From a bacterium (lineage in GTDB: Bacteria > UBA8248), in NCBI GenBank assembly GCA_965200245.1, contig CBDATS010000002.1, forward strand, positions 224,001-288,000: a stretch of 64,000 bases of DNA, given 5' to 3'. Positions 10,086 through 19,841 of the stretch are shown here, in pieces (the first letter of the stretch is position 1; each line of letters opens with the position of its first letter). The notes beneath the pieces are model-generated. The model saw only the letters and a program-made list of their open reading frames with translations. It was not told the DNA's origin and searched no databases. The translations under genes and the position numbers were made by a program.

Positions 10086-11159
10086 TCACCTATTCCTGAC
10101 CAGCCTTGCCGCGAGAATGAGCGCGTCGACCATGCTGGAGGGGTCGGCGATGCCTCGACCAGCAATGGGGTAGCCCGTTCCGTGCTCGACCGAGGTTCTG
10201 ACGATGGGCAGACCCAACGTGACGTTGACGCCGCGCACGCGTGCCTGTCCATCGGAGTCGAAGCGGAAACACATCAACTTACCCGGTATGTGGCCCTGAT
10301 CGTGATACATCGCCACCACGCCGCCGTAGTAGCCACCGCGCAACTTGCCAAAAATCGTGTCCGGCGGTTCGGGGCCGTGCGCGTCGACACCCATTTCTCT
10401 CAGGTCCGCGACCGCGGGCGCAATTTCCTGCACTTCTTCTGTTCCGAACAGTCCGGACTCACCCGCATGGGGGTTGAGACCCGCGACGCCGATTTTATGT
10501 TTCTTACCTTCGAGCCGGTGGAGGGCGTCGTCCAGAACGCGGGACACATAGACGATTCTCTTTCGCTTGACGCGCCTGAGCGCAACTTTCAGGGGGCAAT
10601 GGGTGGAAACGTGCGCGATGCGTATCCTGCGGTGTGCCAGCATCATCACGGGTTGTCCCTCGCCACACAGATCGGCGAGCATTTCGGTATGACCCGGATA
10701 GCCATACCCCCCAGCTTGCAAGGATTCCTTGTTTATCGGCGCGGTCGCGATGGCGTCCACCCAGCCTGCACGCGCCATCTTGACGGCCTTTTCGATAAAT
10801 TGGCCAGCAGCCGCGCCCAGTTCGGGGAGAACTTTTCCGTATACCCGGTGCTCACCAGCGACATTTGCGAGATCGAGAACGGGGGTGACGGTCGGGTCCC
10901 CAGGTTGCGGGAGTCTGCTCTCATCCGGCATCCGTGTCAGCCGCGCCGGGATATCCATCCGCCGGGCATGCTTCCTGAGTACAGCCATATCGCCCACGAT
11001 GAGAGGCACACACCTTTTCCGAACGCTCGGTTCCAGGGCGGCTTTGAGACATACTTCTGGACCCACCCCCGCCGGGTCTCCCATGGTCATGGCAATGACA
11101 GGTCTATGTTTCAACGGAACTTCCTTTCTTTCCCGGCACATCATTTGCGGAATATTCAT
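10086..11159 (-). CDS. pdxA: 4-hydroxythreonine-4-phosphate dehydrogenase PdxA
   Basis: TMGDPAGVGPE, TAPINKE, GHTE, GLNPHAGESG, AMYHDQG, GLPIVRTSVEHGT. Confidence 0.95.
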   Translation of the reverse strand: MNIPQMMCRERKEVPLKHRPVIAMTMGDPAGVGPEVCLKAALEPSVRKRCVPLIVGDMAVLRKHARRMDIPARLTRMPDESRLPQPGDPTVTPVLDLANVAGEHRVYGKVLPELGAAAGQFIEKAVKMARAGWVDAIATAPINKESLQAGGYGYPGHTEMLADLCGEGQPVMMLAHRRIRIAHVSTHCPLKVALRRVKRKRIVYVSRVLDDALHRLEGKKHKIGVAGLNPHAGESGLFGTEEVQEIAPAVADLREMGVDAHGPEPPDTIFGKLRGGYYGGVVAMYHDQGHIPGKLMCFRFDSDGQARVRGVNVTLGLPIVRTSVEHGTGYPIAGRGIADPSSMVDALILAARLVRNR

Positions 11160-11341
11160 CTATCCCCAAAATCCGAACTTACCAGTTCCGGAAGGTTACC
11201 ATATTCCTGCTGTCTTCGATTCCAGGTATCGTCTCCGATTCCAGATATATTCCACCCGGAACCCTTGACTTTGACGATGCCCGGCGCGGAAGATGCTTCT
11301 CGACACGAAAGAATATGCAATTCTCACCGAGAGGAAAATCC

Positions 11342-11851
11342 TTGAGCGAAACAGGCGCAAGTGCTGGTAAAACCGTCCAGAAACTTCACGAACTCGGATT
11401 CACGCATGCTCTCATGATCCCCGACAGCGAAAGCAGACTTCTATATGAGGCACTGGAAAACGACCCGGAAATCGACTTGATCACCCCCTGCCGCGAGGGG
11501 GAGTCGGTCGCTATCGCGGCCGGTCTGTGGACGGGCGGGCTCAAGCCGTTGCTCGTGATTCAGAACACAGGGCTGATGGAGGCGGGAGACTCGCTGCGGG
11601 GTTGCGGCACGGGACCCAAGGTGCCACTGCGCATGATGGTCGGCTGGCGGGGGTATGGGGGCGCAATGGCCGGAAAGCTGCCGATCGATTCGGCCTATAC
11701 TTTCACCGAACCGCTGCTGCAGGCGTGGAAAATCCCGACCTGGCGGCTCATGTCGGATGATGACCTGGGAACGCTCGCCCTGATGGACCAAACGGCGGCG
11801 GAAACTTCATATCCTGCCGCCGTCATCACCGGCTATGCATTCAGACCCTGA
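11342..11851 (+). CDS. TPP-dependent decarboxylase alpha subunit (sulfopyruvate decarboxylase ComD-like)
   Basis: IPDS, REGESVAIAAG, IQNTGL, VGWRG motifs; TTG start after GAGG. Confidence 0.75.
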   Translation: MSETGASAGKTVQKLHELGFTHALMIPDSESRLLYEALENDPEIDLITPCREGESVAIAAGLWTGGLKPLLVIQNTGLMEAGDSLRGCGTGPKVPLRMMVGWRGYGGAMAGKLPIDSAYTFTEPLLQAWKIPTWRLMSDDDLGTLALMDQTAAETSYPAAVITGYAFRP

Positions 11852-11864
11852 AAGGTGGAATCCC

Positions 11865-12506
11865 TTGATAGAGCGCATGGAACTGTTCCGCACGGTGGCG
11901 GAGCGAAGGACAAATGAGATAGTGGTGATGACCATGACGGCCACCCTGCAGTGGCCGCTGGTTTCACAGAGTGAACTCGATTTCGATTTTCTCGCCTTCG
12001 GTATGGGACATGCCGCCGATTTCGGCCTTGGCCTCGCCATCGCCCGGCCCGAGCGAAAAACCATCGTCTGGAAAGGCGACGGAGGAATACTCATGAGCCT
12101 GGGTTCTCTGGTCACGCTGGCCAGGTATGCGCCGGAAAACCTCGTGGTATTTCTGCTTGAAAACAGGAGCTACGAGATGGTGGGCGGGCAGGAGCTTTCC
12201 CCGCGAGCCAATTTCGTCAAACTGGCGTGCGCCTCGGGCTTCGAGGGTGGCGGTGCGACGTCCAAAGGCAAGGTGGAACGCATTGATTCCCTCAAGGCAT
12301 TTCAGGACGCCCTGCCCCGCATACTCACCGAGGCGGGTCCTCACTTCATCGTATTGCCGGTTACCAACAGGGAAAAACTTCCGCCGGTGAATCATTCGGA
12401 TCATGCAGGAAGAATCCAAACCCTGAGAAACGCGCTGAACGTCTCCAGAACCCTGACACGGCTTACCCATGAATCAGTATCTTCTCCAATTCATCGAGTG
12501 AGTTGA
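11865..12506 (+). CDS. TPP-dependent decarboxylase beta subunit (ComE-like)
   Basis: MGHA..GLG.A, TPP motif GDGG.LM.LG...LEN..Y..VGGQ. Confidence 0.75.
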   Translation: MIERMELFRTVAERRTNEIVVMTMTATLQWPLVSQSELDFDFLAFGMGHAADFGLGLAIARPERKTIVWKGDGGILMSLGSLVTLARYAPENLVVFLLENRSYEMVGGQELSPRANFVKLACASGFEGGGATSKGKVERIDSLKAFQDALPRILTEAGPHFIVLPVTNREKLPPVNHSDHAGRIQTLRNALNVSRTLTRLTHESVSSPIHRVS

Positions 12507-13205
12507 TTTCCGCGTCGATTTCATGCGGGACGCGTTCCTTCTTTTGCCCGAATCGATTGACCCATACGACGCGGTACCCGAAATGAGAAGCGCCCGCGAT
12601 GTCCCAGCCGTTCGAGGAGAAAAAGCAGATTCTGTCGGCGGGAACTCCGAGGCGATCCACCGCAAGTTGATAGACCGATGCGTGCACCTTGAATATCCCG
12701 ACGCTCTCTACAGAGAGAACATCCTCGACATATTCCTCGATTCCGGCGTTTTCCACCGCGCTTTCAAGCATTTCGGGAGATCCGTTCGATAGAATCGCGG
12801 CCCTCATCCCGTCTGCGCGGAGCTTTTTTAGCACGCCCTTTACTTCAGGATATGCATTCAGCCGCCTGTAGAGCGCCATCAGTTCCTCACGAAGTTCCGG
12901 TCTTTCCATTCCCAGCGTTTCCAGGGCGAAATCGAGCGCATCGCCTGTCACTTGCCAGAAATCCGCGTGGCAACCCATCAGACTTCTCAGCCACGTATAT
13001 TCGATCTGCTTGGTTCGCCAGAGAGAAGAGAGCGCCTGCCACTTCTCGCCGATTTCCGATTGTTTTTCTGCCGCCGCAGCGGATACGTCAAAGAGGGTGC
13101 CGTAGGCGTCGAACAGGCATCTGCCGCCGCAGCGGATACGTCAAAGAGGGTGCCGTAGGCGTCGAACAGGCACAGGTCGATTTCGCGATCTCCCAACAGG
13201 AGCAT
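12463..13205 (-). pseudogene. haloacid dehalogenase type II disrupted by 53-bp tandem duplication
   Basis: FDAYGTLFDV N-terminus, WRTKQIEYTW, LSNG, K, SSNGWDIAGA; removing one repeat copy restores one frame. Confidence 0.88.
13067..13172. repeat. perfect 53-bp tandem duplication (2 copies)
   Basis: tctgccgccgcagcggatacgtcaaagagggtgccgtaggcgtcgaacaggca at 13067-13119 and 13120-13172. Confidence 0.95.
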
Positions 13206-13237
13206 CTGCCCTGCCTCCTCAAAATACGGTCGTTCTC

Positions 13238-14212
13238 CTAAGGGACCAAGTTTATCTTGCCCAGGAATTTTCCGCTCAGCAGAACTTCGTGCGACTCGTT
13301 GGCTTGCTCCACCGGAAATTCCCGTCCGATGTGGGGCTTGATGGTTCCACTCTCCAGCAAGGGCTCCAGACGCCTGAGGATACCCGGAACAAGAGGGCTC
13401 AAATTGCCCGAGGAGAGCGCCAGTATCCTGGCGTCCCGACCCATGGCCGCGGGCAAGGCAATCGTCACTTCCGGCCCTTTGCCGGTTCCCGTTCCGACGA
13501 CGACGATTCGGCCGTTGATGGCGTTAAGCCTGATGTCCGAAGGCAGATTGTCACAGCCCACGTTTTCGACGACCACCTCGACGCCACGACCGGAAGTCAG
13601 TTCCATCACGCGTTCGGGCACGTCTTCTTCCCTGTAGTTGATGGCCGCTTCGGCCCCTGCCGCAAGACAGAAATCCGCTTTTTCGCTTGAACTCACGGTC
13701 GCAAACACACGGCAGCCTATCGTGCGGGCAAGCTGAACCGCCAGATAGCCCACGCCGCCGGCTCCACCTTGTACGAGCACGCAGTCACCCGGAGCCGCCT
13801 CTCCCTTCACGACCAAGGCGTTCCAGGCGGTGAGCAGAGGGATGGGCAGTGCGGCCCCTTTTCCAAAGGGCATCGAATCCGGCAGCTTTCCTGTCGATTC
13901 TGCCGGCAGCAGCCCTTTTTCGGCGTATGCCCCCGTGGAAGCACGGCCCCACACCCTATCACCCGGAGCAAACGCCTCGACGCCTTCGCCCACCGCCTCG
14001 ACCTCGCCCGCGACGTCCGTGCCGCACGTATAAGGCAGCGTCATCGCCCTGGCCCGCGGATGGTTCCCGGTACGAATCGCCACTTCCAGAGGGTTCACCC
14101 CTGCAGCAACGATTCGCACCAGCATCTCACCCGGCCCGGGCCTTGGCTCCTCCACGTCTTCCACTATCATGGGATGTTCAAGCCCGAACTGCGTCACTCT
14201 CACAGCTTTCAT
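13238..14212 (-). CDS. NADPH:quinone reductase (MDR/zeta-crystallin family)
   Basis: AGVNP, G.DVAG.V..VGEGV, GAYAE, VLVQGGAGGVG, GRGV.VV. Confidence 0.9.
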   Translation of the reverse strand: MKAVRVTQFGLEHPMIVEDVEEPRPGPGEMLVRIVAAGVNPLEVAIRTGNHPRARAMTLPYTCGTDVAGEVEAVGEGVEAFAPGDRVWGRASTGAYAEKGLLPAESTGKLPDSMPFGKGAALPIPLLTAWNALVVKGEAAPGDCVLVQGGAGGVGYLAVQLARTIGCRVFATVSSSEKADFCLAAGAEAAINYREEDVPERVMELTSGRGVEVVVENVGCDNLPSDIRLNAINGRIVVVGTGTGKGPEVTIALPAAMGRDARILALSSGNLSPLVPGILRRLEPLLESGTIKPHIGREFPVEQANESHEVLLSGKFLGKINLVP

Positions 14213-14242
14213 CTCATTCTCCTTCAGCGCCTCGGCCCGCCG

Positions 14243-15229
14243 TTACGGAACCAAGACGACTTTCCCCAAAAACTGACCCTCCAGAACATAGTCATGCGCC
14301 TCGTTCGCTTCCTCGAAACCCGACGTCCTGTCAACATTGACTCGAAACGCGCCCTCTCGCAGCAAGGGCGTGAAGCGGCGCACCAACTCCGGCATTTTCG
14401 GAAACAGATTCACCACGGCCAGCCCCAGCACCACGGCGTCTTTCGTCATGACCGCAGGTACCCGGAATTCCGCCCCCGGACCTTTCCCCGTGCCCGTACC
14501 GATGACAATGATTTTTCCATCCACGCGGATGGCGTCCAAGTCCTTGTCGAAATTGTCGCACGCGCAAAGCTCGACGATGACATCGACGCCGCGCCCGCCA
14601 GTGAACTCCATGCAACGTTCAGCGAAATCCTCCTCGCGGTAGTTGATTGTCTCATCCGCACCCATGTCTTTGCAGAATTGCGCCTTCGCATCGGAACTCA
14701 CGGTAGCAAACACGCGACAGCCCAGACGTTTGGCGAGCTGAATCGCCGCCATGCCGACGCCCCCGGCACCGCCTTGCACCAGCACCGTCTCACCGGGACC
14801 CGCCTGCGCCTTGATGACGAGCGCATTCCAGGCCGTATAGAACGCAACGGTAATGCACGCGCCCTCTTCATAGGAATAAGTCTCGGGCAATTCCGCCGTG
14901 GCGTTGGCCGCAAGCCGCACGTTCTCGGCGTAGCTACCGCCGATAGCGCGACCATACACGCGCTGACCGATCTGCCAGCCCTCCACGCCCTCTCCCAGGG
15001 CAATGATTTCCCCGGCCGCCTCGGCTCCCGGAATGTACGGCGGAGTAACCAGTTTAGCGTATGGGTGTTTTGCGGCCCGTATGGCCAGATCCACCGGGTT
15101 AATGCCGACCGCCCCGGCCTGAATCAGTACTTCACCAGGTCCTGGCTTCGCGTCTTCCACCTCGTCCACCCGCATGGGAACATCCATGTTGAATTGATGT
15201 ACGCGCACTGCTTTCATCAGAATTTCCAC
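14243..15229 (-). CDS. NADPH:quinone reductase (MDR family), tandem paralog
   Basis: GINPVD, PYIPG.EAAG, GGSYAE, VLVQGGAGGVG; closely similar to neighbour. Confidence 0.9.
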   Translation of the reverse strand: MEILMKAVRVHQFNMDVPMRVDEVEDAKPGPGEVLIQAGAVGINPVDLAIRAAKHPYAKLVTPPYIPGAEAAGEIIALGEGVEGWQIGQRVYGRAIGGSYAENVRLAANATAELPETYSYEEGACITVAFYTAWNALVIKAQAGPGETVLVQGGAGGVGMAAIQLAKRLGCRVFATVSSDAKAQFCKDMGADETINYREEDFAERCMEFTGGRGVDVIVELCACDNFDKDLDAIRVDGKIIVIGTGTGKGPGAEFRVPAVMTKDAVVLGLAVVNLFPKMPELVRRFTPLLREGAFRVNVDRTSGFEEANEAHDYVLEGQFLGKVVLVP

Positions 15230-15314
15230 TCCTCAGTTTTGAGAACCAGTCCGAAAATTATCGGACAATGTAAAGAATCCGCCTCATACCTTATCAAAGA
15301 CATGCGAAAAATCG

Positions 15315-16166
15315 CTAAAACTCATCCGTCCAACTCCTGCGGCGTCTTTCGCCGGCGTCACACGCAGGAGCCGTTCTCGCTACCAGAACGGGACTTTCAT
15401 GAGGGTGCACCAAATCATTCGCCAGTCGCTTTTCCTTCTCCGGCCGTCCAACTATCTCCAGAATCAGTTTCCTGCGAATGCCGTGCCCGAAAGTCCTGAA
15501 ATCCTTTGCAACCACCAGGAAAGCGCGCCTGCCCCCGATAACGCACTTTCTGTAATACGAATCCAGATTCGGCATCGGCATTCTTCCCCAGGGGCTCGGA
15601 CGGTCGTTCACGATGGGAAGCCCGTTTATCGTGACTCCGGCTCTAATTGCCCTGTCCCGAGCTTGCACCACAAATTCCCCGCTGTTGTTCGGCCCGTCTC
15701 CTGATATGTCGATAACGCGGCGCTCACTCGTGAATCCGTTGTTGTCAAACAGCGGCAGCGCAAAATCAATCGCACCACTAATCGACGTGTAAGGCCCCAC
15801 CCCGATCGGTTCACGGGCGAGCCGGGAGGCGAACTCCTCGGCACTTGCCTCGTCATGAATCCGCTGCCAGTTCACCACTATACTCTGGGAATCGAAACCC
15901 GCCCACTCCATATAGGTGACCGCAATGCTTTTATGCCTTCCCGATCGAATGGCACGCAAGACAGAGGGGGAACGAAAAGCGTCCACATACCCCATTCGCT
16001 GGAGTTTGCCTTCTTCCTCATCGACGCTTCCGGAAACATCAACGGCCAGAACCAGTTGCAAATCCACACTGACCGGAGCAGGCCACGCGAATTGCACCGG
16101 GGCAGAAAACGCGAACGTCGCAATGAGAACCATCAGTATCCTGGCTTTACGGCTCATCTCTCTCAC
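15315..16166 (-). CDS. DUF1194 family (VWA-like) exported protein
   Basis: Signal peptide; VDLQLVLAVDVSGSVD, RRVIDISGDGPNN, TINGLPI, YY..CVIGG. Confidence 0.85.
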   Translation of the reverse strand: MREMSRKARILMVLIATFAFSAPVQFAWPAPVSVDLQLVLAVDVSGSVDEEEGKLQRMGYVDAFRSPSVLRAIRSGRHKSIAVTYMEWAGFDSQSIVVNWQRIHDEASAEEFASRLAREPIGVGPYTSISGAIDFALPLFDNNGFTSERRVIDISGDGPNNSGEFVVQARDRAIRAGVTINGLPIVNDRPSPWGRMPMPNLDSYYRKCVIGGRRAFLVVAKDFRTFGHGIRRKLILEIVGRPEKEKRLANDLVHPHESPVLVARTAPACDAGERRRRSWTDEF

Positions 16167-16203
16167 CTTGCCCCGAACTCTTGCAAACGGCAGGGTTTCG
16201 TTT

Positions 16204-17214
16204 CTACCTTATCGTTTCGGATACCGATTGCAGTTCGTAGCGAATCTGCTCCACCAGGGAGGCGTACATGTGTTCCGTCGTAAACAACTCCTCGGTTTCT
16301 TCATTCATTTCTTTACGTTTACCCAAGCCGTAATCGCAACGATCCACTCTCCACTGCGCAAACCGTCGATAAAGTGTCAGGATTTCACTTTCCTTTTTCG
16401 CAAGTCGCGACTGCAGCCTGACGTATTCCGATCGTGCGCGAGCGTAGTCCTTCTCGATGAAGTAGCTTTCGGCAAGTGCAATATCGTACAAGACGTTTTT
16501 CGGAAATCGCTCGCGCAGGAACCCGATGTCTTTTCTCGCCTGTTTGAATTTTTCCACCCGCAAGAGCGCCCAGAAAAGGGCCATTCGCGCCGAGTTGGAA
16601 ACCCATTTGCCTCCCTCCACGGCGCGGCGTAAATACTTTCTGCCCTTCCCGCTCGTATCACCGATGAAAAACCGGAACATTCTCACCCAGCTTTCCGTAC
16701 TCCCCCTGACGTGATAGATACCGAGCCCGTAATAGGCATCGTGAAGTTTCGAGTCGAGTTCGACCGCTTTTTCCAGGTATTTCTCCATCGAGCCTGCCCG
16801 CAGGAACGCGATCAGATAGCTGCTGTTATCGAGTGCATCGACGATACGCATGCCTTCCGTCAGACCGGCCAGGAGGAGGGCCCTCGCATCTTTCGGGTTA
16901 CTGTCAAGCAAGTCCTTGCAGATGGCGAGCGCTTTCTCCGCGTTGTTCCGCCAAGTCTCGATATAGTCCTTGCGCTGGATATGTTCTTTGAGCAGATGGA
17001 AAACGGATGCCTTGAAGAAATATCCCTCGGGACGCCCGGGTGCCGATGCGATCACGCGGTCGAACGTACCCGCCGCCTCCGAATAATCGCCAGCGGCAAT
17101 CTGCCCGAGTCCAAGATCGATTGATTTCTCATCCAGGGATGCGCCATGGGACACGTTCGTCGATACCGAGAAAACGATAAAAACAATGATTATTTTCAGA
17201 TAATGGGCCACCAT
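16204..17214 (-). CDS. tetratricopeptide repeat protein, likely exported
   Basis: Hydrophobic N-terminus MVAHYLKIIIVFIVF; TPR-like helices (LEKAVELD..DAYYGLG). Confidence 0.7.
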   Translation of the reverse strand: MVAHYLKIIIVFIVFSVSTNVSHGASLDEKSIDLGLGQIAAGDYSEAAGTFDRVIASAPGRPEGYFFKASVFHLLKEHIQRKDYIETWRNNAEKALAICKDLLDSNPKDARALLLAGLTEGMRIVDALDNSSYLIAFLRAGSMEKYLEKAVELDSKLHDAYYGLGIYHVRGSTESWVRMFRFFIGDTSGKGRKYLRRAVEGGKWVSNSARMALFWALLRVEKFKQARKDIGFLRERFPKNVLYDIALAESYFIEKDYARARSEYVRLQSRLAKKESEILTLYRRFAQWRVDRCDYGLGKRKEMNEETEELFTTEHMYASLVEQIRYELQSVSETIR

Positions 17215-17353
17215 GTACCCTCCGGCGCCTGACGCGCTTGGACTTGGGCTCTGAATAGGGCGGACAACACCACAATCTACGATTTGCCCGCTTACTGGAT
17301 TAAGCCTATCGTAGTATTGATGATTCGGGTATTTCAACCAGAGAGAATCGACA

Positions 17354-18679
17354 ATGTCGGACATCAAGCCTCCAGATGCGGCGATTCGGATTATCCAGAC
17401 ATTGGAAGCGGCGGGCCACCGGGCACTCCTGGCAGGCGGATGCGTGAGGGACGCTTTATTGGGTCTCGAACCGAAAGACTGGGACATCGCCACGGATGCT
17501 GAACCAGGAATCGTACAGAACCGATTCCAGGAAACGGTTGCAGTGGGAGCGCAGTTCGGTGTGGTCATCGTGAAGGTGGACGGTTGCGACTTCGAAGTGG
17601 CGCAATTTCGTAAAGACGGTCCCTACGGCGACGGGAGGCATCCCGACTCGACCCGTCCCTCAGGTGAGCAGGGAGACGCGCGGCGACGCGATTTCACGAT
17701 CAACGGAATGTTCTACGACGTATCGGCGAATCGGGTGTTCGACTACGTGGGCGGGCGGCGCGACCTTGAAGACGGGATCATCCGGGCCATCGGAGATGCA
17801 AATCTCAGGTTCCGGGAAGACCATTTGCGGATGATGCGGGCGATTCGTTTCTCGACGAGGTTTGGCTTCACCCTCGATTCGGCAACCGCCGCCGCCATCA
17901 AGGCCAACGCAGGGCTTATCGGGAAAATCAGCGCCGAGCGGATTCGAGACGAACTGACGAAGATACTCACTGCGCAAAACGTCGACGCCGCCTTCGCCAT
18001 GCTCGACGACCTGGGCCTGCTCGAACGGGTACTGCCCGAAGTCACCGCGATGAAGGGCGTGGCGCAGCCACCTGAATTCCATCCCGAAGGCGACGTGTGG
18101 ACGCACGTGCTTGCCATGCTGCGCACCATGGGCTCCGGCTCGTCTGCACTCGCCTGGGGCGTGCTACTCCACGACGTGGGAAAACCTGTCACATATACCG
18201 AAACGGACAGAATCCGCTTCAACGGACACGACAAGGTCGGCGCGGCGATGAGCACGGAAATTTGCGAGAGGCTGCGAATGCCGAAATCGGAGGCAGTGAG
18301 AATTCACGACCTGGTCGCTCACCACATGCGCTTCATTAACGTCGAGAAAATGCGCAAGAGCCGCCTGAAACGCTTCATGCGCGAACCGTTTTTCGAGGAA
18401 TTGCTCGAACTGCACCGAATCGACTGCCTTGCGAGCCACGGGAATCTGAGGACGCATGGATTCTGCACAAAAAAACTCGCGGAATTTCGCGAGGAAGCCC
18501 TGCGTCCACCGCGCCTGCTCGATGGACGCGAACTCATGGCGATGGGCTATCCGGCAGAGCGCAGGCTGGGCGAAATCATCTTCGCGCTCGAAGACGAACA
18601 ACTTGAAGGCGGTATATCCACCAAGGAAACGGCCAGGGAATTCGTCCGGCGCAATTTTCCGCTTTCCGGCGATGATTGA
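17354..18679 (+). CDS. cca: CCA tRNA nucleotidyltransferase with HD domain
   Basis: GGCVRDALLG..PKDWDIAT, RRDFTIN, EDHLRMMRA.RF, FHPEGDVWTH, LLHDVGKP. Confidence 0.92.
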   Translation: MSDIKPPDAAIRIIQTLEAAGHRALLAGGCVRDALLGLEPKDWDIATDAEPGIVQNRFQETVAVGAQFGVVIVKVDGCDFEVAQFRKDGPYGDGRHPDSTRPSGEQGDARRRDFTINGMFYDVSANRVFDYVGGRRDLEDGIIRAIGDANLRFREDHLRMMRAIRFSTRFGFTLDSATAAAIKANAGLIGKISAERIRDELTKILTAQNVDAAFAMLDDLGLLERVLPEVTAMKGVAQPPEFHPEGDVWTHVLAMLRTMGSGSSALAWGVLLHDVGKPVTYTETDRIRFNGHDKVGAAMSTEICERLRMPKSEAVRIHDLVAHHMRFINVEKMRKSRLKRFMREPFFEELLELHRIDCLASHGNLRTHGFCTKKLAEFREEALRPPRLLDGRELMAMGYPAERRLGEIIFALEDEQLEGGISTKETAREFVRRNFPLSGDD

Positions 18680-18736
18680 ACCTTTGATTCGGGCATCCAT
18701 CGGCACCAGGATACCCCCCATCGATACCCTTATGCT

Positions 18737-19282
18737 ATGGACACCTTTATGACGCAAATATCCATCATGACGGAGCAGGAACTCGCACTTTCGCTCAACA
18801 GAATCGCCTCGGAGATGGTCGAGGCGTGTGCAGCGGAGGGGAACATAGCGCTCATCGGCGTACTCACCCGCGGAGAGCCGCTGGCGAGGCGGCTGGCACA
18901 GTACATCGAAGAACTAGAGGGAATCTCCCCTCTTCTGGGTGCGCTCGACATCGGTGTCCACCGAGATGACGGCGGTCATCCTGCCGAGCGGCGCGGCTTC
19001 GAACCCACCCTCATCGATTTCGACCTCACGAACCGCGGCGTATTCCTTGTCGACGACGTCTTCTTCACAGGCCGGACGGTACGCGCGGCGCTCGACGCCA
19101 TAATGGAGCTCGGCCGCCCGCGCAAGATATGGCTCGCCGCCCTGATCGACCGCGGCCACAGGGAACTTCCCTTCCGGCCAGACTTCATCGGCAAGAACGT
19201 GCCCACCTCGCTCAATGAGCACATCCACGTCAGGATGCGCGAGGTGGACGGCGAGGACGGTGTCTGGCTGCAGAAGCGCTGA
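18737..19282 (+). CDS. pyrR: pyrimidine regulatory protein/UPRTase PyrR
   Basis: TRG.PLA.R, LVDDV.FTGRTVRAALDA, DRGHRELP.RPDFIGKNVPT. Confidence 0.93.
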   Translation: MDTFMTQISIMTEQELALSLNRIASEMVEACAAEGNIALIGVLTRGEPLARRLAQYIEELEGISPLLGALDIGVHRDDGGHPAERRGFEPTLIDFDLTNRGVFLVDDVFFTGRTVRAALDAIMELGRPRKIWLAALIDRGHRELPFRPDFIGKNVPTSLNEHIHVRMREVDGEDGVWLQKR

Positions 19283-19331
19283 GTCCATCTCCCGCGAATA
19301 CGGGCAAATACGCCGTCGCGAAATTCCGGAA

Positions 19332-19449
19332 CTACATACTTGAATCCACAAGTCTGAATACCTGAATTTTGGAAAGACGGACTCTACGGCCGCCGGTTTC
19401 CCGGGAGAGCGGGGACACACGGACGGGGTTCCGGGAGGAAGCCTGTTCC
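19332..19449 (+). promoter_or_regulatory. conserved non-coding element upstream of NHLP precursor 1
   Basis: Aligns nearly ungapped with 38413-38530 upstream of NHLP precursor 2. Confidence 0.7.
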
Positions 19450-19574
19450 TCACCGGAAAAACCCCAAAAATTCTTGCGTTCCCATCGGAATATCCCATAT
19501 CCTGTTCATGATGCAAAAAAAACGGAAGCATTGGGGTATCCTCCCCACATTTTCTCGGGAAAGGAGACAGGAAC

Positions 19575-19841
19575 ATGAAGACAGCGGCCGAGATGCGGCA
19601 GCAGCTGAGTGAGAAGGCAGGCACGGACGAGGCGTTCCGGCAGAAACTGCTCGACGACCCGCGCGGCACGATCGAAAGCGAGTTCGATGTCGCCCTGCCG
19701 GCCGGTTTTTCGGTTTCGGTGCTCGAGGACAGTGCGGATCATGCGCATCTGGTGATCCCGCCCTCGTCGCTGATCCCCGACAGCGACCTCGAGAGCGTCA
19801 GCGGCGGGGCTCCATGGTACAATGATGGTTGGCCAGAATGA
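19575..19841 (+). CDS. NHLP (nitrile hydratase-like leader) RiPP precursor, predicted core APWYNDGWPE
   Basis: KA.TDEAFRQKLL.DPR..IE, LP....V.EDS....HLVIPP, DLESVSGG double-Gly; RBS AAGGAG. Confidence 0.88.
   Translation: MKTAAEMRQQLSEKAGTDEAFRQKLLDDPRGTIESEFDVALPAGFSVSVLEDSADHAHLVIPPSSLIPDSDLESVSGGAPWYNDGWPE

Noticed and set aside
13067-13172. CRISPR array
   Set aside because: Two abutting copies with no spacer, inside a coding gene; no cas genes
13769-15499. 576-aa plus-strand ORF and similar long ORFs (35697-37421, 24168-25436, 31374-32735, 49501-50883)
   Set aside because: Antisense or off-frame shadows of well-supported genes in GC-rich DNA, with no recognisable motifs
17215-17568. 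N-terminal extension of the TPR ORF
   Set aside because: Overlaps cca on the opposite strand; the signal-peptide-like start at 17214 is more plausible
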